A stretch of DNA of 63,981 nucleotides, filler included, from Octopus bimaculoides (Eukaryota), in NCBI RefSeq assembly GCF_001194135.2. It is 5 parts of 5 records of this genome, joined end to end, with 100 filler letters (N's around TTAATTAATTAA, not from the genome) between each part and the next. Parts side by side here need not be neighbours in the genome. Positions count along the whole stretch, not along the records: positions 26,598 to 46,773 come from NC_068983.1; positions 46,874 to 61,867 come from NC_069003.1; 3 more parts are not named here. One strand, given 5' to 3'. Below the pieces are notes generated by a model. The model was not told the origin of the DNA and did no database searches. It was given only the letters and a program-made list of their open reading frames with translations. Positions 38,958-52,441 of this stretch are shown here, piece by piece; position 1 is the stretch's first letter; the number at the start of each line of letters is the position of its first letter. A program made the translations under genes and the position numbers.

Positions 38958-41857
38958 AAACACAAACACACACACTTATATCTACATATGTATAATATAT
39001 GTACATACATGATATATACATATATTATACATATCTAGATGTAAGTTTCTCCATTTATTCATATAGTTTCCTTTTAGTTGAGGCGTGTCCTTAGTAACTT
39101 TCTTTTTTGAGATATGTTACTGACGGATGAAATAATCACTATGAATGTAGTGAGACGATGTTAGATTTTTTTTTTAGATATATGCCATGTGTCCCAATTC
39201 ATATTTTTATCTCGCTCGATCTACGTAAATATAAGCACAAATTATATACTCTACTTATAATGTTCATTCACTGACGCCCGGGCGACAATTGAATTGAATC
39301 ATTATTATTATTTCAAGTGTCGATAAAATAAAGTACCAGTCAAATAATGGGTCGATGTCAACGAATGAAAACTCCCCTCGGAATTACTGATCTTCTGCTT
39401 CAATCAGAAATGACGATTATTGCCGTTGCTTGTATGGTTATTATTCCTGAGTAAAACGGGAAGTGAGCAGACTCGCTAGTGCGATGGACAAAATGCGTAG
39501 CAGTATTTTTTCATGTTTTTATGCTGAAGTCTACTTTGCATTTCATCACTTCGAGATCGAGAAAGTAAGTACACATTAAGCACTAGGGTCTATGTAATAG
39601 ACTAACGCCTTTCCCGTAGACATGCTGGCCAAAATTTGAAGCTATTACTATTCGTGTATATCGTAAACAGATGTGTGATTATATGAATCGTACAATTCGG
39701 ATAGAAAGTAACGATAACTAAATGAAAAAGATAAGGATTTATTCCTATATACTTTTTCAGGAATGCAATTAACGTTCTTTCTTATACTGATTAATAAACA
39801 ACATGGTTGGACATCAAAAATTTCTCGAACGTAAGAGCACGATACACAGAAAGGAAAAAATTATTGTCGATGTCTTCGTTGTTGTTGACGTTGTTGTTTA
39901 CCTCCTAGTCACTCCTAGACAACAATTATTTTTCAGTTTTCTTAAAACAGTGACAATTCTATTTGTTTTAGACAATTTGATCTGGGACATCATTATCCAA
40001 ACTGCCCATTGAACTTGTAATATTTCACTGTGTGATTTGAGGAAAATTTGTCTGCTACATCTAGCATGACGTCGGCTTGTGTAAATAAGTAGCATGCGGA
40101 GGTACATTTCATTCTTCAAGGGAACGAATGAACTGTAGAATTAATCACTGTATCGTTAATTTAATTGCTAAGATCAAAAACCCTATTCCTGTGAGCCAAG
40201 GCCTTAAACAGAGCACTACACAAAAGCTATGGTTCGTCTAATTCTATCATGGCTGATACAGTTTAGTTTTTTTCGCTTTTTCTGTTTCTAATTCCCATTC
40301 ATCTTTGTTTCATTTTGATTTCTCAACATGTCCCGCTTTGTTACATTCTCCTCCGTCTTCTTTTTATACTCTCCTCCGTCTTCTTTTCTTGTCGCTTGTC
40401 AGTTTTTTCTCCCCTTCTGTCATTAACCTTCACATATTCTTTTTTTTCTTTTTTTTATTTCGTTTCCCTTTCTTCCATTTCATATTTTATTTTCCATTTC
40501 TCTTCCCATTTCTAATAACGCCTTCATAATTATTTTCACTTTTATTCCTTCCATTGTTTAATTCATTCTTTCATTCTTTCTTCTTCTTTCACTCATTGTT
40601 ACATTTTCTAACATAATTTCATTTATTTATTTCAGTTTCTTCTCAGAGCTATTTCCCATAGAGCTGTCATTTTTACTTTTAATTTTCTTATACATTTACT
40701 TTTCCGAATTGATCGTTCTATTTTATCATTTCAAAATATATATCTATTTCCCCCAAAAATGATTCTGCTTTGCCAATTGTATTTCTTGTTAATGTTGAAA
40801 ATTTAAACGAATTTCAATCGGTAATATTTTCAAAACACGCCATAATCCTATAGTAATTCAATTTTTCTGCCATGTTACTAAGTTTGTAGAGATATGCGTG
40901 AGTCTATGTGCTCGTCCGTGCGTGTGCTAAAGTAATTGGCTTCGATTATTCCAGGGCTTCCAGACTGATTCCCACTTTCATTGATCGGATGTAACTAGAA
41001 TATATTGGCTCGGTATACGAAGGAAAGATTCAGTCGACAGCCTTCACTTTTGCAACAATGCAGGCGTATATCTGACAAGAAGGTCACGGTGTTTCTCAAA
41101 AGATGTTTATTTTCAGCTTTTAGTTAAGGGAAGGCAGTACTTATGACTTTTTACACGACATCCGAGACTGTTTAGTAAAGTCGGAGGGTCCTCAAATCGG
41201 TGACCTTGCTCCAAAGCCTGCAACAGAGTGCACGTTGCAAAAAGCATCCACGATACCAGGCGGTGGTATTAAACAGGTTGACGAATTAAATCAGCCGTAT
41301 TAGTAGCCCCCACAGGATTCGAACTCAGAGCACAATGTTACACAATAAATGCTGCAAGTCGACGTCCTTACAGTTCCACCAAGCCACTGTCCTGGATTGT
41401 TACATTACTATTGAGCTTGAACTGACGAAAAGCATAATTAACCTCTGCTGTATTTTAAACCAGAACATGTTGGTCCAGAACAAATATTGAGCCATTCTGT
41501 CTGACGCTCTAATTACTCAACAAATTCGCCACTAAAATGTATTAATGTGGAAGTTGTTGAAGGCGTGTTATACAAATCCCTCTTGTTATTTTTTAACTCT
41601 TGTGTTCTTTACTTCGTTTACAAAGCCTTCAGAATTATATAAAAACCAAATATTTTCAGCATTGCTGTTGAAGCTAGGTCGAGAAATCTGAAATAACAGA
41701 CAATGCTAAATATTTTTAGGCATAAAGTCATTAGTTCCACATTAAACAGTATGCCATTACTTCTGAAAACGGTAGGACATGATATGAAAGCTATTTGAAT
41801 GGATCAAACAAATTTGTATAAGGGCTCTTGATGACATGATTTTAATGTCGTTTTTGT

Positions 41858-41920
<63 letters not shown>

Positions 41921-41921
41921 C

Positions 41922-41969
<48 letters not shown>

Positions 41970-43328
41970 TGTTGTTGTTGTGAGTACAACATGAACACCA
42001 GTTAGTTATAAGTCTTCTGTGGTCCGCATCCGTGTAGATAGTCTGTTTATTAAAGGATGAGTTAATGGATACCCTTTCTAGTAAGATATTATAATAAAAA
42101 TTCTGTTAATGCTGGTGATACTTCGATAAAATGTTTGCAGACGGATTAGTCGTGCGGGAATAGTTGAAGAGTAGCTGTGCAAAGACTTTTTGTTGTCCTA
42201 TAATACATTCCTTTCTTTGTTTGCACTTTTAGAAACCATTTCATAAAGTCATATATGCGTTCCATCAGAGCTAAAATCATTCCGATGTAAATAGGTTACA
42301 ATACAACCTAATTTGTTCTACACTGATCCATATTCTTCATATTTATGTTTCAATGGAATAAACTCCAGTTAGATCTTTGTATACTGAATTTCTAATACAT
42401 ATATTACGAATAAATATATATATATAAATTCTATTCATATCTATGGAGGGAGAAGAAATATTATTTTCATCAGATTTTACTGTATAGCATTGAGTTATGT
42501 ACCAGTCCTTCAAGTAATCATGGTTTGGACAATAATATAAAATTAGAAATTTATCGATGGAATATTGAGAAATTATTGGGAAAACGTTTACTACATAGCT
42601 ACCCAATTATAGATAAGGCTGAAAGCTTTTGTTCTACGTGTAACAGAGTTTAAAATTAATATAAAATATAAGTGAAAGTTTAATTAATACAACCATCAGT
42701 AAATAAACCTCTCCTTCGTGATAAAACGGCATCTACAGCTAGACAATTATCATATATTATAGAAATTCAATGATTTTACCTAGAGGTCACCCCCTTCTAA
42801 ATGAATTTATTGACTTTCTATAACATAAAAGAATATATTAAGCCCGATATGGTGCTATGACCTTTGATTACTAAATTACTTTACAGACCTTTGTTTTAAC
42901 GCTGATGTTAGTTCTACTTTATACAAAAGTAACTGATAATGAATTCTGCAAAGCGTGAAATATGTGCGTTGTGTTACAAATCAGTTCGTATTTGACGTTC
43001 GTTAAATACCATCAATCCATGGAACCTTGTTTTTCGCAGGTCTATGTTTTATATTTTTCAAAATAAACTGTACTATCTAAAAGAAGTATCGTCAGCACCT
43101 TAATATTTCGTCATTAAATGTTAATATACTTCATTCATGTAAGAGTAAATTAAAGTCTTAGAAACCAGCTATTTTTACATTAAAAATCTGAACAATACGG
43201 CCCCTGGAAGGGATCTTTATATCTACCTCATATAGCTATCTTTTTTAAACACTCAAAGGAAATAATCCATAGCACCTACACACACAGTTGTTAGATTTTA
43301 GCGAAGCGATCATTATTTGATTCTCATA

Positions 43329-43643
43329 ATCAGCGGATCTAATTCTGCATTTCTCTACTCACAGTTTTCAATTGGTAAACCTTATTATAGCACTTTCTTG
43401 GTGAATGTACACTTTCAATGCCCATAACTACTATAATTTTGCATTTTTCCAGTTAAACGTAACCGATGACAGTACATAAATTTTTGATTCCAGATTCAGA
43501 GGACCTAATTCTGTATTTCACTACTCACAGGTTTGAACTTCTAAACCTTGATGCATGTACACTTTCAATGCCAATAACTCCGATAATTCAGCATTTTTCC
43601 AGTTAAAAGTTTTCGATGACAGTACATAAATTTTTGATTCCAG
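43329..43643. repeat. Imperfect tandem duplication, units of about 165 and 150 bp
   Basis: Both units carry ctaattctg.attt...ctactcacag, atgtacactttcaatgcc and cgatgacagtacataaatttttgattccaga. Confidence 0.85.
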
Positions 43644-43999
43644 AACGTATTTAATAAGTGTGCCCCAGTACAATGAATTCATACTTTGAATGCTTGAAAT
43701 TCTTTAAAAAATGAAACCAAACTTCCACACCACATTCAGTTGGGGACAACCTGTATCACTTACACTAATTTTACAAATCATATTTATTGCTTATTTACAG
43801 TTCATGCAACAATTTCATGAAACTAATTGAGCCATCAAATTTAGAAATATTTTACAGGTTTCATTGTTTATGTTCGATTAATTTGAATATTGATTTTTTT
43901 GTGTATCCAATTTCTAATTTTTGCAGACAATATCACAATTATACCTTATTTGGCAAGTGAGTAGAACTCATGTCTGGAAACCTCGTGGCATACTTAGAC

Positions 44000-44137
44000 T
44001 GTTGAAAAAAATCGATAGAATAAGTACTAGGCTTCCAAAGAATAAGTCCTGGGGTCGATTTACTCGACTAAAGGCGGTGCTCCAGCATGGCCGCAGTCAA
44101 ATGACTGAAACAAGTAAAAGACTAAAAGACTAAAAGA
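44000..44137 (+). mobile_element. SINE 3' portion with (AAAGACT)n tail
   Basis: gatagaataagtactaggctt...ggcggtgctccagcatggccgcagtcaaatgactgaaacaagtaaaag is also found at 7680-7800 (plus) and 49755-49815 (minus). Confidence 0.75.
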
Positions 44138-45789
44138 CATAGTTTTATATATTAATTGTTTTTACCAAACAACAAAAAATGAACAATTTAGCCAGTGGTT
44201 ACATGTAGTATCTATCTCAGAGTGTCTGTTCACAAGTTTATCTGTGCATATTGAAATGCGTAATGTTTCTTTAGAACTGAATTCTTTTCTTTGTATTAAT
44301 ATTACAGGACAGCTGTTAGACTACCTTTTTAATTATAAATGTCCTAGAAATTTCACATTGCCTTGGCTTTGTTGTCTCATTTTATTTACCAAAATGCCCC
44401 TGTATATCGTAGTATACTCACATATATACCTCTACGTTCATCTGTGTATTCTTCCATTTTGATTCTCTTCTACGTTGATATGCGTAAGCGCATTTGTTTC
44501 TGATCATATATACGTGTGTCTTTGTATATTCTTACCTGTCCTGTAAGTCTATAGTTTCAAGCCTTTTTGAACCCACGTCGCCCTTATAACCAGACCTCTA
44601 TTGGCGTTTGTCATAAACTAAAATATCTCAGATGACATATCAATATAATTCTACTACGCTCTGAAAAAAACAAATGAGAGCGTCATATCAAAGCAGCATT
44701 TGGCGATGGAGATGTAAATCTAGCCTGTGATAGATGCGTTTGAGGTTGTCAAACCCTTGACAGTAAAATGTAGTGACTTATGGGATACTTTAGAAGATTC
44801 GTAACAATACCGCCGACAATTACTTGTTTCTAGCAATCTATGTTTATCGATCAAGTTTTCGTTTTGGTTTATATTTATTTATCCTTTATCGATCACTTTA
44901 CCTATCTTCTTGTATAATACTATTTACCACACACCACTACAAGCCAATAAGCATCTGCTCACACACATACATTTTACGCATAAAAATACTTTTGTACGTG
45001 TGTATGAGTGTGTGTGCGCTCGTGTCTGTGTGTGTGTGGATGCATTTGTGTACGTGTGCGTATACATGTGCGTGTGTATACAGTGTCGTACAGCTACGCA
45101 ATTATATATACGTGTGCATGCGAGTGTGTGTGTGTGTGTTTGGATGTGTCACATGTTTCTTCAGATCATAGTCCGTATTCCTGAGATGATTACAGTGCAG
45201 TCTGTAGTATCCATGGAGATTGGGTAGATCATGTTCATGCATTCATTTCTTCGAATGATATGGCATTAATGGATGTTTAACCGAGGGTTTTTTGTCAATT
45301 TTGACCAATGAGAAGGATGATATGTGGGCATTTCTGTAAGTATTTTTGGTGGGGAGGAGTAGAAATTGATGGAAAGAGAGAAAGGAATGGTAATTGTAAG
45401 GAGAAAGGGGTGTGTATGCTGATTTTGGACTTATTTTGCTATTTGAGTATGCTGATGTCGGGATGGGTAGTATAGTTCTTTTGTTTGACCTTATTCCCAG
45501 TAGGCCCATCCTCAATTAAGAAGTAGTCGAGTCAGCAGGTACAGCCACTACAACCATTCAGTTGTTGGAGTTTATTGTCTTAGATGACGAATGATAGTTT
45601 CTTAAAATGACCTTTTAACTACTTTTGGTGGAATAATGATATAACATATAGCATATGAAAATAGTGGCTATTTTGTTTAGTTATTTGTATGTTCTTCCCT
45701 TCTTCTATGTTTTTTTTTTTCGAATTCTAGGAATGATGCCTTGCTTTTTATGCTTACATGATATAATATTTTCCTGCGATATTCTATAA

Positions 45790-46000
45790 TGTGTTGCAGT
45801 ATTTCTTAGCAGATCTGTGTGTCATAATGCCCACTCCATTCTGTTTGAGCCTTCAGATGAAGCTAGATAGTAATGTGGAGTGCCTTTTGTTTACATTGGA
45901 AAATGATGTAAGATGGCTGCGTGGATTTTTCATGATGTCTCCTGTACCACCAACGTACACTTATTTCTATGTACCTGCCTCCACCTCACATTTGTAAATC
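45790..46000 (-). mobile_element. Penelope-like element remnant, GIY-YIG endonuclease region
   Basis: Minus frame IYKCEVEAGT*K*VYVGGTGDIMKNPRSHLTSFSNVNKRHSTLLSSFI*RLKQNG resembles the Penelope IYK..YIG.T..H..SF..STxLSxxIWxLK pattern. Confidence 0.6.
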
Positions 46001-46728
46001 AGATTCTTTCTCATGCAAAGATATATATGCGTATGTGTGCGTGTGTGTATGTGTGGGGGGGGGAGAAAGAGAAAGAGTAATACATGCATGTGTTTATGTA
46101 TTTACATATATTTATGTAAGTATATACATTTCCATGTCTACAGACTTAGGTGTGCGTACATGTGTTTGTGGGCGGGATCTGTATGTGACCATAAGCGTAA
46201 GTACAAGCACGTGTAAATACAAGGTTCAGGCAGTCACGTGGTTTGTCTACTGCAAATACAAATATAAACATGAGGCATTTACGTATTCCTCCGTTCGGTC
46301 ACAATTGATCTCATTCTTACACTATGTAAAACGAAGATGGCATTGTAACTACAGCCTATATAGATTTAAAAATTAGGGAATATAAGAATGAATAACCTAC
46401 TCTTTGTAAGTTTTAAGGATCATTTCTTAAGTTTTCTTAAGTTTTTTATAATCGCAAATTACAAATCTAGAACAGCATTACGCGAATTTCCAGCGATTGT
46501 ATTTATATCTCACCATTCCCTTTCAGGCGCGTTGGTCTTTTCACTCCATTGTACGTACAGTGGCACTAAACATCATACAATCACTGAAGGGGATATCTGA
46601 AGTGAAACCTGACAGAAGAAATATCTACAACCTGCTAAGCAGTTTTGTTTTGATGGTGTTGATATGTGTGCGTGTGTATGCACATACACGCACACACAGA
46701 GACACTCACAAGCACACACGCACATACA

Positions 46729-46773
<45 letters not shown>

Positions 46774-46873
46774 NNNNNNNNNNNNNNNNNNNNNNNNNNN
46801 NNNNNNNNNNNNNNNNNTTAATTAATTAANNNNNNNNNNNNNNNNNNNNNNNNNNNNNNNNNNNNNNNNNNNN

Positions 46874-46919
<46 letters not shown>

Positions 46920-47059
46920 TATATGATTATTTGATATACATATATAATAATATACGGCCATATGGCATTGATACCTTGACATCCTTGTTTCTCATTTACT
47001 TTTTATATACCTTACTTCAAGCTGCGCAGGTAATACCAGACTGCCTTGGCACTCAACTT

Positions 47060-47440
47060 AAGTACTTTATTCAACTGAATCTTAATTAAAAATAGAGGAG
47101 GATCAGTTAATTATGATTTTATTCAACATATTTCCCCTCTCAAATTCACATGCTTATTGCAGTAATCCTTCAGCTGTCCTAAGCCTTGTAAAAGAACTCA
47201 GAAGGATGGGTCTCCAGCGAGGCCTTTCATGACACCCTTAAAGCTAGGAACTTCCCAGAACCCTTCGTATATATATATATATATACACATATATGAGTGA
47301 GTGCTGAAAAGTTCCTGGCCTTGGGTAAAAGAAAATACAAGAGGATTATTTAATTATGATTTTATTAAACATATTCCCCTCTCTCAGATACATACACTTA
47401 TTGAGCAGTCCTTCGGTTTTTCTAAGCCCTGTAAAATATA
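47060..47440. mobile_element. Two adjacent partial copies of a Tc1/mariner-type non-autonomous element
   Basis: taattatgattttatt.aacatatt.ccct.tc occurs twice (about 47110 and 47352). TIR-like aaagctaggaacttcccagaacccttcgta (about 47240-47269) faces gagtgctgaaaagttcctggcctt (about 47298). Confidence 0.55.
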
Positions 47441-47793
47441 CATATATATACATATACCGGAGTAAGCACATGAAATGTGCAACAAGGTGGAAAAAAGAGT
47501 ACTCAAATACCAGAGGTAGAGTAATATGCTTTATTTAAAAGCAGCAGAAATATATACACACATACATACATACATACATACAAATACATACATACATATA
47601 TATATGTACGTATGTATGTATGTATGTATGTATGTGTGTATATATATGTGTGTGGGTGTGGGTGTGTGTATGTATATATAAAAATTTTAATAATAAGGGT
47701 GAAAAATTGAATATTAATTTGATTAATATCAATTTAAAACCAGTGGCCTAGCATATTGAAAGATCTGAAGATTCAGAAATTATGTTACATACA

Positions 47794-47996
47794 TATAAGA
47801 GGGATGACCACTAAGTGGACATCTCATTTGCTAGAAGAACACCACCTATGATCTGACCACTAAGAAAAGATTGTTTTCAAGAAACTTCGCCTGGCGTTTG
47901 CTGAATTTTCTTGAGAACAAATATTTTCTTAGTGGTCAGACCATAAGTGGTCTTCTAGCATTATGGATGTCCACTTAGTGGTCATCCCTGTTATAT
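47794..47996. mobile_element. Palindromic MITE with arms of about 90 bp and a loop of about 20 nt, TA-flanked
   Basis: gggatgaccactaagtggacat...ctgaccactaagaaaa on the left is mirrored on the right, where it ends in cacttagtggtcatccctg. Confidence 0.85.
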
Positions 47997-48120
47997 ATAT
48001 ATATGCTCAATAGTCAAAATGGACCTGGAGTTAAATAACAACTAACAACAGTAATAACAAGTTGTGATAGTTAAAAGTCAACTAAATATGTACATGTATG
48101 TATATATATGTGTGTAGATG

Positions 48121-48154
<34 letters not shown>

Positions 48155-48170
48155 CATGCATGTATGTATG

Positions 48171-48202
<32 letters not shown>

Positions 48203-48873
48203 TACATGCGTGTCTGAGAGAGGAATTTCAATAACAAAGGAATTTATAAAAAATAAAATGAAATTCAAATGAAAAAAAAAGTTTTAGGCTCACCGAAAGA
48301 AAAGGAACAAAAAAAAAACCAAACCGAAAGCAAAACAAGAGAAAACGAAAAAAAAAAATGAAATGAATAAATTCAATAAAACTAAAATAACGAAAAAAAG
48401 AAAAAGAAGACAAAACAAATATATAGAATAATAGAATCATTTGTTGATATATAAATATGTATTTGTGTTGCCGTGAAACCACAACGTTTAGGGGAGACAA
48501 CTCAGGATGCACTGATATAAAGGGAGGTAATTTAACTCCTCAACGGTGGCTGCTGTCGCCCAATTCATCGATGTGTTATTACGAGAAGTATGGCAAAAGT
48601 GTAGTTTGAAAGAAGACTAAACGAGGAAAGTGTTGAATGGTTGGCAAATTCCATTTAACACACTGATGGGTTTTTAGTTGAACAGATCGACCTCCTGTAA
48701 TAATTTATTCTTTTGTAAAGCTCGGTATTTAATCGATCGATACTTACTACCGAACCGTTTGACCGCATGGACTTAAGCACACATAAATATAAACACACGC
48801 GCGCACGCACGCACACACACACACACACACACAAACATACACACACACACACAAACACACGCAAACACACAAG

Positions 48874-48916
<43 letters not shown>

Positions 48917-50283
48917 ACATATTGACAAACGTACACACACAAGCACACATTTACACACATACNNNNNNNNNNNNNNNNNNNNNNNNNNNNNNNNNNNNNN
49001 NNNNNNNNNNNNNNNNNNNNNNNNNNNNNNNNNNNNNNNNNNNNNNNNNNNNNNNNNNNNNNNNNNNNNNNNNNNNNNNNNNNNNNNNNNNNNNNNNNNN
49101 NNNNNNNNNNNNNNNNNNNNNNNNNNNNNNNNNNNNNNNNNNNNNNNNNNNNNNNNNNNNNNNNNNNNNNNNNNNNNNNNNNNNNNNNNNNNNNNNNNNN
49201 NNNNNNNNNNNNNNNNNNNNNNNNNNNNNNNNNNNNNNNNNNNNNNNNNNNNNNNNNNNNNNNNNNNNNNNNNNNNNNNNNNNNNNNNNNNNNNNNNNNN
49301 NNNNNNNNNNNNNNNNNNNNNNNNNNNNNNNNNNNNNNNNNNNNNNNNNNNNNNNNNNNNNNNNNNNNNNNNNNNNNNNNNNNNNNNNNNNNNNNNNNNN
49401 NNNNNNNNNNNNNNNNNNNNNNNNNNNNNNNNNNNNNNNNNNNNNNNNNNNNNNNNNNNNNNNNNNNNNNNNNNNNNNNNNNNNNNNNNNNNNNNNNNNN
49501 NNNNNNNNNNNNNNNNNNNNNNNNNNNNNNNNNNNNNNNNNNNNNNNNNNNNNNNNNNNNNNNNNNNNNNNNNNNNNNNNNNNNNNNNNNNNNNNNNNNN
49601 NNNNNNNNNNNNNNNNNNNNNNNNNNNNNNNNNNNNNNNNNNNNNNNNNNNNNNNNNNNNNNNNNNNNNNNNNNNNNNNNNNNNNNNNNNNNNNNNNNNN
49701 NNNNNNNNNNNNNNNNNNNNNNNNNNNNNNNNNNNNNGCACTGTCATATAGTTACTCTTTTACTCTTCTACTTGTTTCAATCATTTGACTGCGGCCAGGC
49801 TGGGGCACCACCTTAATTGTTTAAAATTTTGGCACAAGTACCAGTTAAATGGTAAAGTTAGTGCCTCGAGTCATGCCGATACCTAAGAGCCGGTTTCCAT
49901 AGCGAATATATTCTCCACCTTGAGAAGATGTCGGTCTGTCGCAGGTCTGACTCATTTTTGCCAGCTGAGTGATCAGGAGCAACGTGAAATGAAGTGTTTT
50001 GCTCAAGAACACAACGCGTCACCCGGTCCAGGAATCGAAACCTCAATCTTACGATCATGAGTTTGTGGGAAGTGAGTCAATCGATTACACTGACACCAGT
50101 GTTTCGCAGGTACTTAACTTATCGACCCCCAAAGGATGAAAGGCAAAGTCGACCTCGGCGGAATTTGTTCTCAGAACGTAAAGACAGACGAAATACCGCT
50201 AAGCATTTTGCCTGGCGTGCTAACCATTCTGCCAGCTCGCCATCTTCGTATATAGTTGTAATAATGAAGTCAAACGAAATAAT

Positions 50284-50455
50284 GATATTTTGAAATCATT
50301 TAATAAGTGCGTTTCTAATTTGCATAATATATAGTAGGAAATGCATCCATTACATTATTTTGAAATACTTCAACTGAGGAAGGTTTACGTAATGGATACA
50401 TTTCTTATATATTATGCGTTTCAGAAACGTACGTATAAAATGATTTCAAAATATC
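50284..50455. mobile_element. AT-rich hairpin / MITE remnant with arms of about 70 bp
   Basis: gatattttgaaatcattt...atccattac is inverted as gtaatggat...aaatgatttcaaaatatc. Confidence 0.7.
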
Positions 50456-50493
50456 CCTATTTGGCTTGGTTTCGTTATGACAACTTCTGTGAT

Positions 50494-50806
50494 GGCACTC
50501 CGTCGGTCACAACGACGCGGTTCCCAGTTGACCCGGTGAACGGAACAGACTGTTCGTGGAATTAACGTGCAAGAAGCTGACCACTCCACAGACACACATA
50601 CCCTTAACGTAGTTCTCCGGGAGATTCTGCGTGAACCCGATTGTGACGAGGCTGGCCCTTTGAAGTACAGGTACTTCTCATTTTTGCCAGCTGAGTGCAC
50701 TGGAGCAACGTGAAATTGAGTGTCTTTCTCAGGGACACACCGTGCACCCGGGAATCGAACTTATGACCGTGAGTCGGATGCCAAAACCGCTAAGCCACGC
50801 GCCTTC
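50494..50806 (-). mobile_element. tRNA-derived SINE copy
   Basis: Same architecture as the 3.7-kb and 10.4-kb copies. Confidence 0.8.
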
Positions 50807-50937
50807 ATTGTTGCATCTTATACGACTTATGCAGATATTCTAACAACAATTTGATGTAGTTTATTATATTTCGCCCCAGTCGAAAATATTCTTAGTACTA
50901 TGCACCGGTTCTTAACGTAACACGATACATACATACA

Positions 50938-50969
<32 letters not shown>

Positions 50970-51393
50970 CCTTCTTTTTTTATACTAAAGCCGCAAAAAC
51001 ATCACATATAGATCCTTNNNNNNNNNNNNNNNNNNNNNNNNNNNNNNNNNNNNNNNNNNNNNNNNNNNNNNNNNNNNNNNNNNNNNNNNNNNNNNNNNNN
51101 NNNNNNNNNNNNNNNNNNNNNNNNNNNNNNNNNNNNNNNNNNNNNNNNNNNNNNNNNNNNNNNNNNNNNNNNNNNNNNNNNNNNNNNNNNNNNNNNNNNN
51201 NNNNNNNNNNNNNNNNNNNNNNNNNNNNNNNNNNNNNNNNNNNNNNNNNNNNNNNNNNNNNNNNNNNNNNNNNNNNNNNNNNNNNNNNNNNNNNNNNNNN
51301 NNNNNNNNNNNNNNNNNNNNNNNNNNNNNNNNNNNNNNNNNNNNNNNNNNNNNNNNNNNNNNNNNNNNNNNNNNNNNNNNNNNNNNNNNNNNN

Positions 51394-51442
<49 letters not shown>

Positions 51443-52373
51443 ACATATGCAGATGTGTATATCTATCAGTTCATGTATGTATGTATGTATGTATGTATGC
51501 ATGAATGTAGGTATGTATATGCACGTTCATGTTTACTTGCAATTCATTCCAGCAGAATATTTTATGTTGCCCAGGTCGAAACGCAGCCATCATTTGTCCT
51601 TTATGAAAAGCATATTAGGTTTATGCGCACCTATGCATGCGCGAGTCTGCATACGTGTGTGTGTGAACGTGCAACACATTTCGTCTCGCTCCCAGCAAAC
51701 ATATAATCTGAAATTTTCTCTTCCTTATCTCTCGTTGTACTTCACAGCCACATGGCCATCCCCAGCCAAAAACGTATGCTACAGAATGCTTTCATCTCAT
51801 CCATCTCTCTTACCAGTTTGCCGCTAACCCAACACCCAGGCTTTCAAATCTCCTTCTTACCCCATCCCCCCGCTACAATCTCGCCACACCTCCTATCTCA
51901 CTATTCTTAAGTCCTTGTCTGACCACACCCGTTTCCAGCTATAAATCTCTCCCTAAAAGCATATAACATTTTAACAAGCTACATTTTATTTTCAGTTTTT
52001 TTTCAGTGAAGGTATGGGCGTACGTACGGTTGGTTGTTTTACCTGTTCCCTTTCATGCTTACTCTCTTCCTCTTGTACTCCCCTTTCTGGCTTGCACCCT
52101 GCTAGTGCTATTACTTATTCTAACTGCAAGTACCAATCCTAAATTCTCTCTCTCTCTCTCTCTCTCTCTCATTCTGTCCTTTCTCTTGTTTACAACGAGG
52201 TCAAAGTCATTTTCCTTTTCTTTCGCGCTACCATTTGGTGAGTGCTGCTTTTCCGTGCCTCGTCTAAACGTTGCAATACATGCATGAACATGAATGCACG
52301 TGCGTAATATATACGCATACATACATGCATACATACATACACCTACATATACAGGTGCATAATGCATACATAT

Positions 52374-52441
<68 letters not shown>

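Noticed and set aside
45176-45280. Plus frame DHSPYS*DDYSAVCSIHGDWVDHVHAF after a good acceptor
   Set aside because: All frames contain stops and there is no recognisable homology. It lies near a Penelope remnant.
48655-48745. RLNTELYKRINYYRRSICSTKNPS as a possible nAChR exon 2
   Set aside because: It lacks the RPV motif and QIxDV end, hits a stop, and has no suitable splice sites.
52201-52238. Plus-strand micro-exon candidate with a gtgagt donor
   Set aside because: Weak acceptor, no partner exons and no homology.
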